From assembly GCA_029555085.1 (NCBI GenBank), contig JAKPTO010000002.1, forward strand, positions 1-48,229: a DNA stretch of 48,229 bases, read 5' to 3'. Each line of letters opens with the position of its first letter. The first letter of the stretch is position 1. The notes below the pieces were generated by a model. The model worked only from the letters and a program-made list of their open reading frames with translations, was not told the DNA's origin and made no database searches. The stretch comes from a bacterium (GTDB lineage Bacteria; Patescibacteriota; Patescibacteriia; UBA1558; S5-K13). A program made the translations under genes and the position numbers. Of this stretch, positions 21,901 to 29,319 are shown piece after piece.

Positions 21901-22632
21901 TACCACTGGTGTTGCTCCACCTTCAGTAATTGGATATAAATCTTTTTCAGATTCTGTTATATCTACTCCATTTGTGTATGAAATTGTGTCAGCAACATTT
22001 TCAATTACGAAATCTTCATTGAATTTGTTTGCTATAAATCCAGCTTCTGTTATTAATCTCTTTGTACCATCTCCTACAACATAATAAATGCTGTTTGAGT
22101 TAGCATACTTGATTAAACTTCCTGCTGAATGTGTTGTTGTAATTTTGTTGGCAACTGCATTTGTTGAATTGTAGTTACCTGCATAAAAAGCATCTGGCAT
22201 ATCATCAATCCAAGATGCCCAGTTTGCTCCCCATAGGTTCTTGGCGGTTTCTTCTGAATCAATCCATCTTAAAACGCCACCTTCTTCTATTGCATAGACC
22301 TTTGGATCTGTTGTGATTTTGATTAATCTTGTTCCTGGTCTATAAACAACATTTTTTCCTAGAGGAATATTTCCTAATTCATCAGCTGTTACTGTTACAA
22401 CGCTTGAGAAATCCTTAAACCATGTAAAGTAGGTAGCTGAGTTTGGGAATGTTGCTCTCTTTAATGTACCAGCATCATTATACAAATAATATACAGCTGA
22501 CATGTCTGGTCTTTTAACCAACATACCTTCTGATAAATTTGTAGCGCTTGCTACATTAAAGGAGAATCCTGACAATGTTAATACTGTTGAAAAAATAACA
22601 GTATAAACAAATAATTTTTTAATTAAATTCAT
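18919..22632 (-). CDS. Large secreted surface (S-layer-like) protein with N-terminal repeat module and beta-rich Ig-like repeats
   Basis: Signal peptide; G.L[IV]K..vY...G..R repeats in the first ~235 aa; T/G/N/A/V-rich repeats (F.F.A/LS..VKI..I.L; L...TK.L.V.A.I); AAGGAG RBS; strong terminator. Confidence 0.75.
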   Translation of the reverse strand: MNLIKKLFVYTVIFSTVLTLSGFSFNVASATNLSEGMLVKRPDMSAVYYLYNDAGTLKRATFPNSATYFTWFKDFSSVVTVTADELGNIPLGKNVVYRPGTRLIKITTDPKVYAIEEGGVLRWIDSEETAKNLWGANWASWIDDMPDAFYAGNYNSTNAVANKITTTHSAGSLIKYANSNSIYYVVGDGTKRLITEAGFIANKFNEDFVIENVADTISYTNGVDITESEKDLYPITEGGATPVVTGGNLSVALSSNSPVSMIVPAGSPNTFSVFNFTAAEKDVLISSIKLTMPTGILGNPTYVDSITFFDNGIKVGSSKDMNSSREAVFNFSTPIKITAGTTKSLTVKAEIEAGQSGRFALGIASASDVIIDGGVVSGSFPVVGKEMVAVNDAEIGQVDLAGVIKEKVGGVQFGEQNVKLAGFTLSTKNEPVIWETIRFKNGGTNDSTILTNVRLMINGDDVAIGTIDGRYINFALNNYVIAKGDNINVEVYGDIGTASVGNTIDLFIENKSDVSFLGKDYGYGISITNIAALDAAGDGITVTLAAGDFTIAMDKTATPAKDVVAGSNDVVLATIKMTSNAENATVNYIKENGANRFDIFGTGLNCNELDNVELKDITTGAIYDVTIATSTINNARCGLTMNEEMTLVKGKTHTFELRADIMGPNDTNPADNGDTYQVTLEDGAFSITGDTSNAPITKITPASVTSAVTTVRGGRLDWTTMPLTSLNVVGGAGPELIYKAYLEVGSAIDLKLQSVKINTNGADTAFTDDNIAQLDLYIVEDGTERLLKSTAGSITETNAGADAYINFTSLNTTNRVLKAGKNVYLEVRATFTSSVPTTGAFDLEVEAGAVSVQDKDNNTVTPTITNPDVQSRMVTVASKGSLKAHLKTSDSKSDDDTYILAGTTTPHGRYLGEIAFTTQNEPVKIKALVLKNSGTATGADIKVVKLFDKDGNLVAYRAPIANGSVYFRDTDFLNDKAVLEADQKTSYYIGVEARGMNVSGDPESTAQFNKSIKYGFAPAATLSSFGLAAGEAVKAEGANSYEVITMAEGGGEEPGNNQYSSNTTLTKTASTTGSILTGISNAMSDGSLTGGTSKIVGKYKFVFDNGSNRTATNDELKAKLVELKLKFATSTGVTATDFQAYIEGKSGDIATSTVEGNVITFDLDSAGGFSADNQLVDGEITLVITANLDVSDNYQYIQTEIANLSADFTYNGGGATNWSNARLEGITKVTGATLSKN

Positions 22633-22790
22633 TTTATTTTTCTCCTTAATCCACTACACAGAGGACCTGGCTCTATATCACCGCTTTAATCATTAGACCT
22701 TATAGACTACCAACGCATTGGCATCGATCTTTCTGTCATATAAAGTAAATGTGCCATGAAATAGTTTCCTAGTCATGATATAGTGAACTT
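22633..22790 (-). ncRNA. Candidate structured 5' leader RNA of the surface protein gene
   Basis: GC-richer than flanks; nested helices CUAUAUCA/UGAUAUAG, CAUGA/UCAUG with UAG-GAAA-CUA, CUUUA/UAAAG, AGAUC/GGUCU, UGCCAA/UUGGUA. Confidence 0.5.
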
Positions 22791-22878
22791 TATAAACTAT
22801 TTTAATTAACCATATTTCGTTACAATATGATTAAATAAAATTATATTAATTATTAAATAACAATTATTTTAATATTAA

Positions 22879-24024
22879 TTACTGAACTATTAATTCAGTT
22901 TCTGATTTAACCTTTGCTTGATTTATTGCGCTTTCTAATTCTTTTATTTTTGTTTCAAAATTCTGAACATTAAGAGTTGAATCAGCTAAATTTATATATA
23001 AGTCCGCTTTTTGAATTGTTATGTATGCTTCTTCTAGTTTACCTTCGTCAAGTAATTGCTTTGCTTTGTCTATTAAAAGTGTTATTTGTTCTGGATCTGC
23101 TACTTTTTTGATACTTTCTATTGAAAACTCAACTTCCTGCTTGTTTTTATCTGTTGTAGAGTCAACTGATTTACTTTCAGTTGTTTGTTCTGTGGTTGTT
23201 GTTCCTAATTCATTTGTTTTTATAAGCGCTTGCTCGCCTATGGTGATTTTCTCACCAAGTTTTTTAACTGACTCAATTTGTAATTTTATTTGATTATCTA
23301 AGCTTTTATTTACTATTTCTTGACTTGCGTCATCTTTGTCTTTTATTATTATTTCCAAAGCTGCTGTGTTTAATTTCTGTGTTGATTTAATAATATTTTC
23401 CACTGCTTTTGGATTGCTTGCAACAACTTTATCTTTTAGTGAGGCTAGGGTTTCGTCACTATTTTTGTTTATTGACTTTGCGATTTCTAATAATTCCTCT
23501 GTTTTTACATTTTCTTTATTAGTAATTGATTCTAAATTATCACTTGCAATTGCAAGAGTTTTTTCCATATTATTAGTAACTTTTCCGAGTTGATCTTCTC
23601 TTCTGTTATCTATTAAGTAATTGATTTCTTGTAATCTTGTTGTTGCGTGATCTAGAGAAATTTTTACTCTCTGCGCGTCGCTTCCAGCAAGTACTAATTC
23701 TGCTGGCTCTATAACTTGTGTTTTTACTGGATAAAGAATATTTCCAAGTGTTGTCCCTGGCATTGATGCTCTGGCTCCTATAAATGTTCCTGATATTACC
23801 ACTAAAACTGACATTGCAACTGATGCAAATTTCCAACCAGGTAAAAATGTTCTTGTAAATGCGCTAAAATCAAAAAACAAAGATTTGAAATTAAATCCTT
23901 GACGCTTGTGAGAAGTTGTGTCTTTATCTATTTGATTTAACAATATTGACTTTGTGATATGCCAAAACTTCTCATCTGGTTCTATTTCTCTAAATTGTTT
24001 TAATTTGTTTTCTATGTTTTTCAT
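22879..24024 (-). CDS. Single-pass membrane protein, DUF5667-like, probable anti-sigma factor
   Basis: N-terminal LKQFREIEPD..F, one TM, then ASMPG..LYPVK..E..A..RLQE and a helical ectodomain; near an ECF sigma gene. Confidence 0.65.
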   Translation of the reverse strand: MKNIENKLKQFREIEPDEKFWHITKSILLNQIDKDTTSHKRQGFNFKSLFFDFSAFTRTFLPGWKFASVAMSVLVVISGTFIGARASMPGTTLGNILYPVKTQVIEPAELVLAGSDAQRVKISLDHATTRLQEINYLIDNRREDQLGKVTNNMEKTLAIASDNLESITNKENVKTEELLEIAKSINKNSDETLASLKDKVVASNPKAVENIIKSTQKLNTAALEIIIKDKDDASQEIVNKSLDNQIKLQIESVKKLGEKITIGEQALIKTNELGTTTTEQTTESKSVDSTTDKNKQEVEFSIESIKKVADPEQITLLIDKAKQLLDEGKLEEAYITIQKADLYINLADSTLNVQNFETKIKELESAINQAKVKSETELIVQ

Positions 24025-24049
24025 GATTTTTGTTTACACTACTAAATAA

Positions 24050-24075
24050 GACGATTGAAATACAAAAATGTTACA
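24050..24075 (-). promoter_or_regulatory. ECF sigma-type promoter TGTAAC-N16-CGTC
   Basis: Minus strand TGTAAC atttttgtatttcaat CGTC, 25 nt upstream of the DUF5667-like ATG; fits the AAC/CGT ECF consensus. Confidence 0.75.
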
Positions 24076-24120
24076 AATAAACAATTCAATACATTTATTT
24101 AGTAAATTATTCACAAATAC

Positions 24121-24148
24121 TTGACAATAACTTAAAAAATGATATAAT
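24121..24148 (+). promoter_or_regulatory. Consensus sigma70 promoter, cassette 1
   Basis: TTGACA-N16-TATAAT with extended -10 TG; AGGAGG at 24173-24178. Confidence 0.85.
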
Positions 24149-24186
24149 TGTTTTAGAAAAATATACAATTCTAGGAGGAATCGATT

Positions 24187-24591
24187 GTGAAACAAAAAGA
24201 TTTAAACGGTTTAAAAGTAATAATATTAGGAGTTTTAATTGCCCTAGTGTTATTCACTGTAACAATTATGATGATTTTAAAGGAAGCGAAACCTCATCTA
24301 GTTGAGGTTTATGTAGGAGATCAGGTAGTTACTGGAAGGTACCACTTTGAAGATAATATCTTTACTGAATCCATTGGAAAGGGTAGGGATATTCAAACAG
24401 GTGGTGGAATTGTTGTTTTTGAATACAAAAACCAACACTACAGAGTTGAGATCCCAACAGACGCTCGGATAATCCAAATACGATTACAGGAACCGTCCCT
24501 ACAATCAGATTCCGAAATGATAGAATACAAAACCGACAGATTTGGATCTGATGTCCGACTATCTAGAGTCAAAACACTACCTAGGATGTAA
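24187..24591 (+). CDS. Hypothetical protein with N-terminal TM anchor
   Basis: GTG start with perfect RBS, own promoter and terminator; hydrophobic residues ~11-31. Confidence 0.75.
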   Translation: MKQKDLNGLKVIILGVLIALVLFTVTIMMILKEAKPHLVEVYVGDQVVTGRYHFEDNIFTESIGKGRDIQTGGGIVVFEYKNQHYRVEIPTDARIIQIRLQEPSLQSDSEMIEYKTDRFGSDVRLSRVKTLPRM

Positions 24592-24617
24592 AATAGATAT
24601 AAATTTTGGATAAATTA

Positions 24618-24671
24618 AAAAAACCGGATTTTGCAAAAAACCGGTTTTTTCTTTTAAAAATAAAAATTATT
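24618..24671 (+). terminator. Terminator plus conserved 31-bp tail (copy 1)
   Basis: AAAAACCGG..CCGGTTTTTT hairpin; 24641-24671 matches 25140-25170 at 30/31. Confidence 0.8.
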
Positions 24672-24724
24672 TAAAGAGTGGGTGGGATTGAATACTCTTA
24701 TGTTTATTATATCAATATTAACAA

Positions 24725-24753
24725 TTGACAATAGTATAAAAATATGATACTAT
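24725..24753 (+). promoter_or_regulatory. Sigma70 promoter, cassette 2
   Basis: TTGACA-N17-TACTAT with extended -10 TG; GGGAGG at 24779-24784. Confidence 0.8.
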
Positions 24754-24789
24754 TAGTATGTTAAAAAATCAAAATTCTGGGAGGAAAAA

Positions 24790-25095
24790 ATGACAAAAAA
24801 AAATGTATTGCAGATAATTACAGCATGCATAATACTGATAACGCTTTCAATTATCGGCATGATCACCAGTCGCCCAAATGGCGAATTAGCTCTTGACAGT
24901 CAACACTGTCCAGAGTGGATGAAGCCAGCATTCACATTCCAAGATAAGGATATATGCTGGTCAGACATCCAAAATTGGATGGAGGAAATCTTTGAGGGGC
25001 ATGAAACAGTTGTTTTTAAACAACCGGTTTCAGAAAAATTTAAAAAGGTAGCAATTAAAGCTGCCGAAAACTCAAAAATAAAGCTTGACATCTAG
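24790..25095 (+). CDS. Hypothetical protein with N-terminal TM anchor
   Basis: RBS, own promoter and terminator; hydrophobic residues ~6-25. Confidence 0.75.
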   Translation: MTKKNVLQIITACIILITLSIIGMITSRPNGELALDSQHCPEWMKPAFTFQDKDICWSDIQNWMEEIFEGHETVVFKQPVSEKFKKVAIKAAENSKIKLDI

Positions 25096-25121
25096 TCATT
25101 CGACTAGTGTCAAAAAACAAT

Positions 25122-25170
25122 AACCGGTTCTATGTGGAGCCGGTTTTTTCTTTTAGAAATAAAAATTATT
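25122..25170 (+). terminator. Terminator plus conserved 31-bp tail (copy 2)
   Basis: AACCGGTTC-tatgtg-GAGCCGGTT followed by a T run. Confidence 0.85.
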
Positions 25171-25187
25171 ACCTATCTATTAATCTT

Positions 25188-26009
25188 CTACTCTATTAAT
25201 TCTATTTTATCTGCATATATTTGCGGTGGATATGTTTCAAAAATCAGACCATTAAATGTAATTCTTACTCTATCACCAGCATTAAATGGTTCTTTTTCAG
25301 CTAAGATATTTACAAATACCTTACTCCCTGCTTTAAATCCATGTACATCTTTTATAATCTTAACGAATATTCTTTTTTCTTGTACTTCCAGCACTTCTGC
25401 ATCAAATTGATCTTGTCTTTCTAAATTAGTACCCTTATTATGCTTATCAGTTTTTAAATTAGTATAATAGGCATCTACTTGTTTTTTTAAATCCAATTTT
25501 GATTCATAATTCAAGACCTTTATTTCCATAATTTTATTAGGACACATTTTTTTTATTGATTCACTATATTTACTACCATCTTTCGGTGTTTCATATTTTA
25601 CAACCTCATTATCCTTAAAAGTAAATCTAAAAAACATTGAATAACCTGTATCTAATTTAATTTCTTCGCCTTCTAAATAATAACTTTCAGCAAGTATCCA
25701 CATATAGGCAAATTTCTCATCATTTTTTTCTGTTATACCAAATCCATCATAATCAGCAAAAAAATGATATTCTTCCTTATTTGGAGCAGATGTTTTTTCT
25801 GTATAATTAACAGTTTCGCCCTTTCTTTCTTTATTTTCCTTTTCTTTTAAATAATAAATAGCTATATCGTATAGATATTCATGGTCTGTTATGTAATATT
25901 CTCTGTTTTTATGCTTTAAGCCCATTATTACTCCAAAAATTAAACCTACAATAAACAGAACTATAAAAATTTTAACAACTATTTGTATAATTTTCTTTTC
26001 TTTATTCAT
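25188..26009 (-). CDS. Membrane-anchored protein with C-terminal YobA/DUF3221-like OB domain
   Basis: N-terminal TM; C-terminal GDRVRITFNGLIFETYPPQIYADKIELI resembles YobA; AGAGGAG RBS. Confidence 0.65.
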   Translation of the reverse strand: MNKEKKIIQIVVKIFIVLFIVGLIFGVIMGLKHKNREYYITDHEYLYDIAIYYLKEKENKERKGETVNYTEKTSAPNKEEYHFFADYDGFGITEKNDEKFAYMWILAESYYLEGEEIKLDTGYSMFFRFTFKDNEVVKYETPKDGSKYSESIKKMCPNKIMEIKVLNYESKLDLKKQVDAYYTNLKTDKHNKGTNLERQDQFDAEVLEVQEKRIFVKIIKDVHGFKAGSKVFVNILAEKEPFNAGDRVRITFNGLIFETYPPQIYADKIELIE

Positions 26010-26120
26010 GATAATTATCTCCTCTTGAATTTACTATTTAATTAATAGCCATAATTAAAAAATGGTATTTATTATAAATTAAACTACTTAATCAAATATA
26101 TAGCGGAATAATATAAAAAT

Positions 26121-26663
26121 TTATTCTCCTATTATTTCCTTTAATTTTTCCATGGCACGATGAATCAAAACTCTAACATTAGCACTGGACTCGTCTAATA
26201 TTTTTGAAATTTCTTTTGTGGAGTATCCTTCAATATGTTTTAATACTACAACTTCTTGCCATTTACCGTTTATTTTGCCTAATTCTCTTATTCCTTTGTC
26301 TAAAATTTGCCAATCTGACATATTGTCAATATTGTGAGCCAAACTGCTGTTTGAAGGCACGGATTCTAAATCCTCTGGTAATTGAAGTTCTTTTATTTTT
26401 TTATAAAAATCAGCAATAGAATTTCTAGCTACCTGATATATAAATGCTTGAAAATTTTTTATTGTATTATGTTTATTTATATATTCCCAACACTTTAAAA
26501 ATACATCACTTGTTATGTCCTCTGCTTTCTCTTTTGTGGGAACCTTAAAATAAACATATCTGTAAATTTGTTTTGAATATATATCATAAATATCAGAAAA
26601 GGCCTCATAATGACCTGCTCTGATTTTTAACAATGCTATGTGTTCACGTTTTTTATCAACCAT
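26121..26663 (-). CDS. ECF RNA polymerase sigma factor
   Basis: AFSDIYD.Y..IYRY, AEDITSDVFLK.W, FIYQVARN..D; region 4 EGYSTKEIS..L..S..NVRVLIHRA. Confidence 0.95.
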   Translation of the reverse strand: MVDKKREHIALLKIRAGHYEAFSDIYDIYSKQIYRYVYFKVPTKEKAEDITSDVFLKCWEYINKHNTIKNFQAFIYQVARNSIADFYKKIKELQLPEDLESVPSNSSLAHNIDNMSDWQILDKGIRELGKINGKWQEVVVLKHIEGYSTKEISKILDESSANVRVLIHRAMEKLKEIIGE

Positions 26664-26675
26664 TATTAAATATTA

Positions 26676-27737
26676 TTATTTAAAAGCCGATAATTTAATC
26701 TTTAACTCTTGTTGCTTATTGTCTCTTAAAATAGTTAATGTAACCTCGTCTCCTGGTTTATAATCCAAAAGAACCGTATTTAAAGATCTAAACTTATTTA
26801 ATTCATCTTCATTTAACTTTTGTATTATATCTCCTTCTTTTATCAAATTATTGGAAGATTTATATACATAAATACCATTATTTGGCATATCAATAGAAAA
26901 TACCATTTTGTTAAGATCGATATATTCTATATTTAAGCTAGGATAATCAATATTTTTATCATTATTGAACAATCTTGTCAAAGAATATCGTATATAATTG
27001 CTTGGTAATAAATAGGTGTTATCATCATACGAATATGTAAATCCAAGCATTTCTGCATTATCATTAACCACAGGAAGACCAGGATCTTCATTGAGAGATA
27101 AAACACCATATATAACAATATCTTCTGAGTTTTGTATTAAATCTTTTTTCTCTTTTATAAATCTTGAATTTATATTTGTGATAGAAGCTGGTATTATTTC
27201 ATTTTGATAATCATATAAATTTGGTTTTATAATATAAACATTTTGCCCAGCTCCAAGAGAAGAAGAATCAATTATTCCTATTGGATTCAAACCATTTTGC
27301 TTAATCTTAATATAAGACAAACCAAGAACATCGTCATTTATAACGGTTTCTATGTCTATTATTTTATTTTCATTATTTACGAGTGCTATATTTTTTGAAT
27401 GATTTATTTTTTTCGATACAAACCAACCATCATTTGTTACAACAACAGCTGTTCCTATAAAATCATCTGTAAAATACATTGATTCGTAAATATTTTTTGA
27501 TAAATCATTCTTTTCTACAATAAGCCAAATTTTATTAGACAAACTGGATGAAATAGAACCAGTTATAGATTGACTATTCCTCTTATCAATCTCAATAAAA
27601 TTAACTTTTTTTGAGGAATTTTCCTCTAAATATTCTGGTATGTTCTTATCAACCAGATATAAAACAAAAGAGCTTGCTATAAAAACAATAATTATTGTTA
27701 AAAGCAAACTAAGGAAAAATTTTGATTTTTCTTTCAT
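26676..27737 (-). CDS. HtrA-like trypsin fold plus PDZ protein, catalytic triad apparently lost
   Basis: TM anchor, GTAVVVTNDGW, G.PVVN..EMLG, PDZ (IKEGDII..LN, KPGDEVTLTILRD); no TNxH or GNSGG. Confidence 0.8.
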   Translation of the reverse strand: MKEKSKFFLSLLLTIIIVFIASSFVLYLVDKNIPEYLEENSSKKVNFIEIDKRNSQSITGSISSSLSNKIWLIVEKNDLSKNIYESMYFTDDFIGTAVVVTNDGWFVSKKINHSKNIALVNNENKIIDIETVINDDVLGLSYIKIKQNGLNPIGIIDSSSLGAGQNVYIIKPNLYDYQNEIIPASITNINSRFIKEKKDLIQNSEDIVIYGVLSLNEDPGLPVVNDNAEMLGFTYSYDDNTYLLPSNYIRYSLTRLFNNDKNIDYPSLNIEYIDLNKMVFSIDMPNNGIYVYKSSNNLIKEGDIIQKLNEDELNKFRSLNTVLLDYKPGDEVTLTILRDNKQQELKIKLSAFK

Positions 27738-27747
27738 ATTATTTTAA

Positions 27748-28503
27748 TTAATATTTTATTATCGATGTTGTAAACGCAACAACTAAAACAGAAATAAATA
27801 TAATAAATAAAGGAAGTCTTCGTTTAAAACAAGATACGCCTTTTAATTCGTCGAGTAAAAATTCTAAAACCATATAATACCAAAGCCAAGTAATAAATGT
27901 TAAAAAATAAATATTAAATGGTAAAAGCGACATAACTAGGTAAATTTCAAAAAAAACAATACTGCTTAATATTAGCAATAATTTATTATTCTTCCAAGTA
28001 ATCTTTTCCCAATATAACCTGATATTTAAACAAATCAATGAAATAAAAAAAATAAATATTGAACTTGTTATTAAATTTGCTCTAATAAATACAAAAACAT
28101 AAAACACAAAAAAAGTATAAAAAAGGAAACATAAAAGATCTATATTTTTTATTATATCACTCGTAATTTCACGATTTTCGTAAATTTTCTTAAATATTGA
28201 ATCAAATAAAACAATGAAGAAATATACTGATAAAACGGAAATCACTACTCTTATAATAAGATTGCTACACACAACAAAAAAGCACCATAAACTCGCTAAA
28301 AACACTAAACAAATTCCAAAATATGACAAAATTTCAGTGTTTTTTATAAATCTATTTTTAATTTTCCAAAAATAAAAAACTAACAGTAATAGGGATAATA
28401 CTAAACCATAATTAAAAAATTTTGGGTAATAATAAGAAATCTCAATAAGTATTGGAAAAATTAATGCGAGGACAAAGCCCAGTATTCTTTTATAAAATAT
28501 CAT
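27748..28503 (-). CDS. Polytopic membrane protein of unknown function
   Basis: About 8 hydrophobic segments; in-operon spacing. Confidence 0.8.
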   Translation of the reverse strand: MIFYKRILGFVLALIFPILIEISYYYPKFFNYGLVLSLLLLVFYFWKIKNRFIKNTEILSYFGICLVFLASLWCFFVVCSNLIIRVVISVLSVYFFIVLFDSIFKKIYENREITSDIIKNIDLLCFLFYTFFVFYVFVFIRANLITSSIFIFFISLICLNIRLYWEKITWKNNKLLLILSSIVFFEIYLVMSLLPFNIYFLTFITWLWYYMVLEFLLDELKGVSCFKRRLPLFIIFISVLVVAFTTSIIKY

Positions 28504-28513
28504 AATAAATTAA

Positions 28514-28936
28514 TTATTTTAGCGACTCTATAATTTTCTGAAGTGGCTCTTTTATCCAATCATCTGAACGAGATATGGTTTCTAATTTTTTTAGCGCTAA
28601 ATCTTTATCATTATTATAGATTATTTCATCAAAAGCTGTTACGAGATTAAAGTACTGATCTTTGAATTCTAATGGTACAGATAAACCATCTAATTTATTT
28701 CTTGTTTCCTGATAGTCATTATTGAAGCTATTTAAAGCCGTTAAAACTCCTGATTTGTAATTTGCTATTAATTCTTCTTTTGTAATTTGTCTTTCAACTT
28801 GATTTTTTTGTTGACTCACTGGAATAACTTTATCTTGATTTTTTTTATTGCTATAAAGAAAAGCAGATAAAACAATCAAACTCAACACAACACAAACCAT
28901 TAAAATTTTTAAAAGTAAAAAAATATCTTTTTTCAT
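28514..28936 (-). CDS. Hypothetical protein with N-terminal TM
   Basis: TM followed by a helical domain with L.VP.EFKD..L.L motif. Confidence 0.75.
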   Translation of the reverse strand: MKKDIFLLLKILMVCVVLSLIVLSAFLYSNKKNQDKVIPVSQQKNQVERQITKEELIANYKSGVLTALNSFNNDYQETRNKLDGLSVPLEFKDQYFNLVTAFDEIIYNNDKDLALKKLETISRSDDWIKEPLQKIIESLK

Positions 28937-28954
28937 ATTTTTATTTTAATTTAA

Positions 28955-29275
28955 TTATGAAACAAATGAGGGGGATTCAATTAATTCCCAAACACCAGAG
29001 ATTTTTTTGTATACTTTGAAATTATGTGTCTTCTCGTCATCTGAATAAACATAATCAACTGTAACTCCAGATCCTACTCTATTTGAATAATTTACACGTT
29101 TATCAAGAACTAAATCTCTTTCATAAAACTCTACCTTCATTTCTCCAGCTGGGCTTTTAAATTCTATTATTTCTACACTTCCATGACCATCATCATCAGT
29201 ATTTGTATACTGATTTATAACATCAAAACTATCAAGGATTTTAGCCTTGACATCTTTCCATTTTTCTCGGTTCAT
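28955..29275 (-). CDS. Hypothetical protein downstream of dnaJ
   Basis: 106-aa ORF with ordinary composition, collinear with the operon. Confidence 0.8.
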   Translation of the reverse strand: MNREKWKDVKAKILDSFDVINQYTNTDDDGHGSVEIIEFKSPAGEMKVEFYERDLVLDKRVNYSNRVGSGVTVDYVYSDDEKTHNFKVYKKISGVWELIESPSFVS

Positions 29276-29319
29276 AAATATAATTATACAACTTTAAACT
29301 TTAAATTTCAAATTAAAAA

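Noticed and set aside
24600-25170. Integron attC array
   Set aside because: No RYYYAAC/GTTRRRY boxes, no integrase, and each unit has its own promoter.
25132-25410. Third + strand cassette ORF
   Set aside because: It starts inside the terminator hairpin and is antisense to the 273-aa gene.
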